NCBI RefSeq assembly: GCF_004010195.1
Contig: NC_057717.1
Location: forward strand, 105,824,719-105,867,460
Direction of reading: 5' to 3'
Length of the DNA: 42,742 bases
DNA from: Chiloscyllium plagiosum
Taxonomy: Eukaryota
Shown here: positions 34,909 to 42,742 of the stretch, piece after piece
Layout: every line of letters starts with the position of its first letter
How positions within the stretch are numbered: the first letter of the stretch is position 1
Translations under genes and position numbers: made by a program
The notes under the pieces: generated by a model
Seen by the model: the letters and a program-made list of their open reading frames with translations, nothing else
Database searches by the model: none
What the model was told of the DNA's origin: nothing

Positions 34909-35067
34909 AAATTCTGTGTCTTACAATTGTGCCCTTCACAACCACCTGATGAAGGAGCGTCCCTCCGAAAGCTAGTGCTTCCAATTAAAGCTGTTGCACT
35001 ATAACCTGGTGTTGTGTGATTTTTAACTTTGTATTCCCGAAGCCAACACCAGCACCTCCAAATCATG
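34909..35067 (+). mobile_element. Penelope-like terminal fragment with intact minimal hammerhead
   Basis: CAC-CTGATGA-AGGAGCGTCCCTCC-GAAAGCTA-GTG, core at 34945-34974; same downstream sequence family as 29484-29606. Confidence 0.7.
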
Positions 35068-36066
35068 GATAAAATCTCAGCTGATTTAACCTCAGAACTG
35101 TCTTCTGACGGGCAGTTAGCATTTAGTGTGGGTTAGTTTGCACAGATTGTCTGTAGGCTGCTTATGATTAACTAATGTGAGTTAAGGCGTTCGTGATGGA
35201 AATCATAACTGATGTTTAGTTAGCAGTTTTAATGCAAATGTATATTTAGAATCGTACTGAGCTTCTTCTGGTCAACCTCTGCAAAATAATGTTAATTATG
35301 TGGGGAGTTCCATGTATTTATGTTTTTCCATCTTTATGAATACTTTAAAGGAACATATAAATAGCATTGCTGTTTACATGTTTTTACATCTATTTTAGGA
35401 TCTTTGAGTAACAAAGAAACTTTAACTGAGTTGGCAGTTCAAGCCATTTGTTATCTCTGTGAATCACAGCAGATACTAGTTATTCTTATTATTGGGTTTT
35501 TTTGTGTATGTACTGAAAGTGATGGAGCTTAATGTCTTTTGGACGATATCAGCATTTAGGCATAACGAAACACAAGTATTTCAACTAAGTATTTTAATTT
35601 AAGCTACATTTATGTTACCCCCACACTCTCATTCCTTCCACATGAACACAGGTGGAATTCCTGTCTTAGCTACAGTACCAGAAGTTCATGCTGCCATTGA
35701 ATGACACACAGTTAAATTCCAGTTGTATTATCCTGAATCCATGGGCAAACACGTACTTTCCATTTGGAGCTATTCAGCATTTTGGTGGTGGATATGTACT
35801 GCGAGGGTAAATCCAGCGATGTGCCTCGGCAACTAGTCCTGTGAACTAAAGTTCAGCAAAAGTGAAATGGTCCAGATTTGCAAACATCTAATCCGGTCAA
35901 TTCTGCTATTCTGTGGCATGCAATTTCCAATGAGCTGGAAATCATTGAACATTAGTCAGTGGGTGATGACAATTCAGGAAAGTGCTTCTAAGGTTTAATA
36001 AGCTTGATGCAAAGGCAATTCCAGGTTGCAAGTTCTTATACCGAATAAGAGAAAATATCTGACTCG

Positions 36067-36571
36067 GAAAGATGTTGTGAAACTTGAAAGGGTTCAGAAA
36101 AGGTTTACAAGGATGTTGCCAGGGTTGGAGGATTTGAGCTACAGGGAGAGACTGAACACGCTGGGGCTGTTTTCCCTGGAGCGTCGGAGGCTGACGGGTG
36201 ACCTTATAGAGGTTTACAAAATTGAGGGGGGATGGATAGGATATTTGGACAAAGTCTTTTCCCTGGGCTCGGGAGTCCAGAACTAGAGGGCATAAGTTTA
36301 GGGTGAAAGGGGAAAGATATAAAAGAGACCTAAGGGGCAACGTTTTCACACACAGGGTGGTATGGGTATGGAATGAGCTGCCAGAGGAAGTGGTGGAAGC
36401 TGGTACAATTGCAACATTTAAGAGGCATTTGGATGGGTATATAGGAAGGGTTTGGTGGGATATGGGTCAGCTGCTGGCAGGTGGGACTAGGTTGGGTTGG
36501 GATAGCTGGTCGGCATGGACGGGTTGGACCGAAGGGTCTGTTTCGATGCTGTACATCTCTATGACTCTATG
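36067..36571 (+). mobile_element. CR1/HER1-like LINE 3' fragment
   Basis: KDVVKLERVQKRFTRMLPGLEDLSYRERL..WNELPEEVVEAG and tail. Confidence 0.85.
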
Positions 36572-37240
36572 GCTGTGTATGGTCTGACAGGCTGGAATGT
36601 AATCTGTATGAGAGCAGGTTAGAATTACATAACTTTGAAGGTAATAGGCCTAGTGCGGGACAGTTGGACTAATGTAGGGAGTATATTTTTGACAGTACAG
36701 ACTCAATGAGCTGAAGGGTCTGTTCTGTACGGTTCTATGTCTCCAGATGGCATTCTAGTGAGCATTCATGGAGCATGTCAGACCTTGATGGTTGCTAGAG
36801 AAACGTGCATTTCACTGAGCTTGCAGACGCTAAGACAAACATTTTCTCGTTTAGGTTTTATTGAATGAGGCTGGTTTTATGTCAGCATTGTGGTTATATA
36901 AGTGTAAATGAAATGCGTAGTGGGTAAATTTGATGACACCAAGTTTGTTAGGACAGTAGGTTATGAAGAGGGCATGAGTCTGCAAAGGAACATAGATTTG
37001 CTAAGTTTTTTGCCCATAGATGGGCAAAAATTCAGCAGATGGAGTATAATATGAACTTTGGCAGGCAGAATAGAAAAGCAACATGTTATTTGAATAGAGA
37101 AAGATTGTAGAAATTGGATGGACATGGGGATCTGGGTGTCCTAGTACATAAACACAAAATGTTCGTATATAAATATAACACATGATTAAGACCACAAATG
37201 GGGATGTTGTCTTTTCCTGCAAGAGGAATGGAATGTAAAG

Positions 37241-37552
37241 ATTACTTACTTACATTGTGGAAACAGGCCCTTCGGCCCACCAAGTCCACACCGACCCGCC
37301 AAAGCGCAACACACCCAGACCCATTCCCCTACATTTACCCCTTCACCTAACACTACGGGCAATTCAGCATGGCCAGTTCACCTAATCTGCACGGTTTTGG
37401 ATTGTGGGAGGAAACCGGAGCACCCGGGGAAAACCCACGCAGACTCGGGGAGAATGTGCAAACTCCACACAGAGTCGCCTGAGACGGGAATTGAACCCAG
37501 GTCTCTGGTGGTGTGAGGCAGTAGTGCTAACCACTGTGCCACCGTGCCGCCC
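37241..37552 (-). mobile_element. tRNA-derived V-SINE (HE1-like) inserted into an older LINE fragment
   Basis: Closely similar to 21416-21700; CR1-like RT remnants on both sides. Confidence 0.8.
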
Positions 37553-40500
37553 ACTAAAACTAGGGAAGATTTTTTTTACATCAGTAATACAGTGTTGGTG
37601 AAGCCAATTATTGAGTATTGTGTAAGCTTTGGTTTCCTTGATTAAGAAAAGATATAATTGCAAAGAAACAGTTCAAAAAAGGTTCACTTGACTGCTGGTT
37701 ATCTTGTATGGAAAGGTTGCACTTATATTGTTTGGAGTTCAGAAGAATATGAGGTGGTCTTAATGAAACTTCATCCAGTCCTTTTAGGATCTTAGGTGAG
37801 ACAATATTTCTTACAGGGGAAGACTACAAATAGAGGACACCGTTTTTAAAAAAAAAATTCATCTGCTGAAGGAGTTGAGGGTAGTCTCCTTCCTCTGTGT
37901 TTGGTGTATCTGTGGGACTCTGTTCAGCAGTGATCACTGGAGGTACAGTCATTGAATATTTGGAGGCTGTGGCAGGTTATTGATGAACAAGTGTCATTCA
38001 GAAGAAAGACAGGACAGTGGAGTTGAAGACCGTGGTCAGATCAGCCATAATCCAATTAATTGGCTGAGCAGGCTTGAGAGGCCAATTTGTATCTTTTTAG
38101 GTAATGCTTGCTGGAACACTATCCGTTTTCTCCCTTCACTCTCAAACCCTCAGCAACATTTCGTTCAGCTTCAAAATTTTAGCTCTTTTCAATTTGATTT
38201 TTCCTCCCTGTTTTGAATGGTAGTGTTAATCTGCAGGCTGCAATGTAAACACTGACATCAGAACAAAATTGGGTGCTGATAGATTTTGCCGTTATGTTGG
38301 GGGTTAAGACTTTTTCGCATGTTCTCCTTAATTTACAAGTATAATTCCCTGAAATTACAAAAGGAGTTTTGCACGTTAAGAAGCCTCAGGTCATGTTGAA
38401 ATGAAGTTGAACCATCTGTCCACCTGGCCATTGTGTAGGAATAGGCTCTGGTTTTGCAGGTTAACCTGTCCTGTAAAAGCACAGTAGTCGTTGGGATGGT
38501 TCGACCCTGTTTTTGTTGAGATTCCAAAATGCTATTAACATTAATACACAAACATCCAGCTGTTAACATTCTGGCACCACCTACCAAGTTGTAAAAGTTT
38601 CTAATCTCCTTCAGAACTGTTTTGTCTCACTCCTCCTGCTTTCCTCTTCAAAAATCCCCAATGTTTGTTTGATTAACCGTGTCTCAGTCATTGTTCCAAA
38701 TTCCTGCTGTCCACCACCTTGTTGTTTGTTATTACCCCCTTTAGAAACACCAGGGTATGCCTCATTGTGGAAAACACAAGGTTTGTGTAAGTTTAGTATT
38801 CTACACGTTGAAATGTGCCAGTTTCATAACTTGAATAAATAGACTTTTCAGACAAAATGTTAGCCAATATGTATCTCATTTCCCTTGTCATGTTTAATGG
38901 AACAAGGTGATATGAGTGTGAGCTTCCTTTCTTTACTATCCCCCCCACTTAAACAACACAGGGAGGTTGGCGGAAAGAGGGTCAGTGAGTTATTTGCAAT
39001 AATGCAACTTAGACAAAGTAACAAGAATCCCAACATAATATTGTTAAGTCAAGTCAGGCAGGGAATGAGGACAGCAGTTCACCAGAGTGGCCCTGTGAGA
39101 ATGCACAACCCTGATTTTTTTTCTGATTTTTAACTGTTGTCCACTGCCTGAAAAATCTACACTTCAAAGTTGTCTGAAGCAGGATAAAGTTTGGCTGTAA
39201 TATTTAATATTTTCCTCCCATCCATGTATTTGCTGTGCCAGCTGCTGTAGTTCACTTGCTGTGCCCATGTGAAAAGTGAGGTCTTAAGCTCAGTGCAAGA
39301 GAAAGCAGCCACTGTCCACAGAACTGTGTGTGAGAGTTAGTGTCGAGAGATGACTAGCAAATAAGTGTGGTTACCACTGACTGAATCCCTTGACCCTGAT
39401 GTGCATTAAACCTTGAATTTTGCATGATATTTTAATTATTGTCCTGTGACCCCCTACTCTAAGTAGACAAACTGAATAAACCTGGTTCTGTTCCCTCAAT
39501 CCATCTTGTGGAGAGACCTCTTTTAATTTTCCTTGAATTTTGAATTGTAGACAATGGGAAAAGGAGACTCTCTAAACCAAGTTACTCAAACTCTGTATGA
39601 GTTGCATTGACGCTGTTGTTTAGATCAAGCACTGGGGAGGATTGTGGGACTCCTCACTCCTGTAGGTTTGTGTTCTGCACAGAGACAGCCATTTGATTTG
39701 GTTTTTCAATCAGGACCATTGTGGGGTCAAGTGTCATCAGCACGACAATCCTCTGGCCCCTGGGCAAGTTGTCAGTACAGAGGCAGAAAGGCTTCATGCT
39801 GCAATAAGACAGAATCTCCCATGTGCTCACTCTCCTCCCACAGAAAGCAAGGTAACAGACAATTGGAAGAGAGCTAGTTATTCTCACTCCGTTTGTACTG
39901 TAAGGCCCTTGCATTGAATCAATGATTTAGAGACTGAACAATTATTGTGCCAACTGCCCTGTGCCTGCATTAAAAAACCAAAAGGATTTGGAAAGTTGAT
40001 GATGATTGTTGATTGGATGGAATTAGAGGAAACAATGGGAACATCTCAATGAATCCCATGGACTGGTGCTATTGAACTGTGTACTACTAATATTCCTTTC
40101 TCCATTTATAAAATCTTTATTTTGTCTTTGTCTGCATGTCTGTGTAGAGGTTTACGAAGGTGTAGAGTTTAGGTTACAGAATTATAATTTGATAATTTGT
40201 GTTTTGTTTGCCTGTGTTTAGAACAAATTTACTTGTACTGAATAGTAGTTTCTTGTTAAGTACAAATATCCTGTTAGTGCTTTCTGTTGAACTGCATTCA
40301 TCAGGATCACTTGGAGACTTTGAGTAATTTGAAATCTGTAACATTTGTGATAGCCCAGGTGAAGTGAGACTCTAGTATTAGTGCACTTTTCTGAGTGTGC
40401 ATTCTGCCAGACAATGAAAAATATTCATTTTTACATTCTCAGATCCGGTTCATTGGAAATAAATCCTCACCATAGTCTGCAGAACTCTTAACTTATTTTA

Positions 40501-42255
40501 AGTGGAGAGCTAATAAGGAATTTGAGGCCGACACACTTCGTTTCAAATTAAGTAGACCAAGTTGTGTTGAAGTGTTTGAATGAGCTTTCTGCTCTGACTT
40601 GTTTCCTGTTCGGGTAAGAGGCAGTCACGAGGCAGCAGGGATGCATTTGTTCTTTGATCTTGATGGAAGTTCTGTGTAATGTCACAGTGTGTGCTTCCTG
40701 ATTGAGTAGATATTGCAAGATCAGGCATTTTCCCCCATCTCCCACCACACAGAGATCTGAGTCTGTCACCTTCGCGTCTTTCAAATTGGAGCAAACCTCA
40801 TAGTTCTTTTGTGTTTGTCTCCTTCCCTGAAGCCTGAGAATTCTGATTGACAGATATTTCAAGTGGAACAAAGTCATTTCCAGAACTGAATCTCGCTAGC
40901 CATTGTTTATCCAGGCGATAATAGGGCCTTCCAAACCAGGCTGATTGTGTCTTGCTACAACATTCATGTTAGTTTATGTCTTTGCAACAGGTCTTCCTGG
41001 AGCCTACTGAGCATCACTGTTGCTAAAAATGACTCCCTCCCCACTGAACTGAATGTCTCGAACAATGTTACTCTCTACGGCTCACTCATTCACTGGCTGA
41101 ATGCATTGAACTATTAAGGTGTAGATGCATAAATATTTTAAGAAGGAAAGGCAGGAATTTTATTCAATGTGCTCATGTAGAAAACAAAAGCTGGTAGGTG
41201 CTGTTGAAGAGGAGATTGATTTGTGCTGTTTGCAGTGCTAGTTGGTTCGTTTTAGACATGATCTTTGACTGACTGACCACCACAGGAAAGTTCCTATCAG
41301 TACCAGAATCAGTGGTACATATTAAGAGGCTTTTGGAGTTTATTCGTTCACAACATATGGAAGGGGTAACATTTCTCACCCATCTCTAATTGCCCTTGAG
41401 AAGGTGTTGAGCTGTCTGGTGGTGGTTGGTTTGCCTAGTTAAGTGTATCAGGAGTTGCATATTGATCAGACTAAATGAGGTGGGAATGGAAGTGTTCTTT
41501 CCCTTCAAGCTGTTTGACTGGATTGATGTTGCTCCAAACCAGTTGTTTCATGGTCACCATTATTGCTTTCACATTGCCTGGTGCGATTGGTGTGCTTGTT
41601 TGCAGGTTAGAAACTTGTGTTCAAAGATTGTTAAACTGGGCTTCTTGATTGCTTATCCAGTAACAAAACCACCTTTCCGTGCTTACATCCTATAACAAGA
41701 ATTCAGTTCTTAATAGCCGATTATATAATTTAGAGCAAGTTAACGAGAGCATGTCAGATTTTTTTACTAGTTTGAGTGTGTGACCAGTGAAAGATTGTTT
41801 TTCATTGCTTGGTGAATCATTAATAGACTTCAAGCAATGGCTGAATGAACAAAGGAGGAAGCTAAAATAAATCTTTTCATAAGGTTACTGGAAGGTGAAC
41901 TATTTTGCCATATGTGAATATTGAGCTCCAGGCTATTACATTGTTTTAGAATTGAATTAAATTGTTAGTGATCAAATGCTCCAGTTTGACTTGGCACTGG
42001 GTCAGTATGCCAGGTAGCTGCTGACCAGGTTGTCATTATAGTGGTTGAGTTGCACTTGTCCATTTTTTTTGGAGTGAATTGGTGTGGAGAAGGAAAGGCA
42101 GTACTAGTCCACCTTACTAAGTACTGTTTATCTATTAATTAATGCTGTTTATCTATTAATTGTTTTTTTTTCAAAAAAAGGCTATAGCAGAGAGGTATCA
42201 GGAAGTATTTTAACTCAAACCTATACAAAGTATTAAAGTAATTAACTAAGCAGAG

Positions 42256-42742
42256 ATGGCTGGGCAGGTGATGTGCTGTAGCTGTATGATGTGGGAGCTG
42301 GCTGATCCCATTGTGAATGGCAGTGACCACATCTGCAGCAAGTGTTGATTGCTGGAAGAGCTCCGGATCAGAGTTGATGATCTGGAATCTGAGCTTCAAA
42401 CACTGCGGCACATCCGGGAGGGGAAGAGTTACCTGGACGCTTTGTTTCAGGAGGCAGTCACACCTGGGAGATTCAGTAATTCACATTGTTAGTGATCAGG
42501 AACATCAGAGTGTAACAGTAAGTGAGGCAGGTAGGGGGAACCTGAGTTCAGGAGCCTCAGCCCTTGACCTTGTCCAACAGGTATGAGATTCTTGCTCCCT
42601 ATATGAATGACAAAAAGGGCTGTGGACAGGATGAGCCAACTGACCAAGGCACCATGGTGCAGAAGGCCATTCAAGAGGGGGGAGCTAATAGACAAGTAGT
42701 GGTTATAGGGGATTCTATAATTAGGGGGACAGATAGTATCCT
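42256..42742 (+). mobile_element. CR1 LINE ORF1 remnant (zinc finger, coiled coil, start of SGNH esterase), continuing beyond the window
   Basis: MAGQVMCCSCMMWE..HICSKC*LLEELRIRVDDLESELQTLR..LSNRYEIL..VVVIGDSIIRGTD; in-frame stop present. Confidence 0.75.

Noticed and set aside
40440..41100. Possible coding remnant on the minus strand (ORFs 40543-40877)
   Set aside because: May be a decayed retroelement fragment, but no motif was clear enough to call
35070..42150. Expected syntenic neighbour CRB3
   Set aside because: No CRB3-like coding exon (GTY.PS..E, ERLI) was recognised in this interval

Overview
Vertebrate genomic DNA, very likely from a shark or other elasmobranch, judged from HE1/V-SINE-like, CR1/HER1-like and Penelope-like repeats recognised by eye. 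It holds two intron-containing genes in tandem on the minus strand. The first is KHSRP (FUBP2), coding exons 1-2, with a CpG-island promoter at about 13.2-14.5 kb; the gene continues off the left edge. The second is a Ca2+-regulated mitochondrial ATP-Mg/Pi carrier (SCaMC family, most likely SLC25A23 by KHSRP synteny). Its coding exons 2-10 are intact and in phase, 415 codons plus stop, all GT-AG. Its exon 1 is not visible and probably lies in the 500-N gap (34146-34645), whose right flank has GC-box, NRF1-like and CCAAT motifs. The rest is mostly transposon-derived: CR1 and Rex1 LINE fragments, SINEs, a decayed Gypsy element, an 11x53-bp minisatellite and several Penelope-like terminal fragments carrying minimal hammerhead ribozyme cores. 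The most notable non-coding signal is the set of hammerhead motifs, including two identical copies 339 nt apart in KHSRP intron 1 on the transcribed strand. I found no clearly novel protein-coding system, and several tandem duplications may be assembly artefacts.
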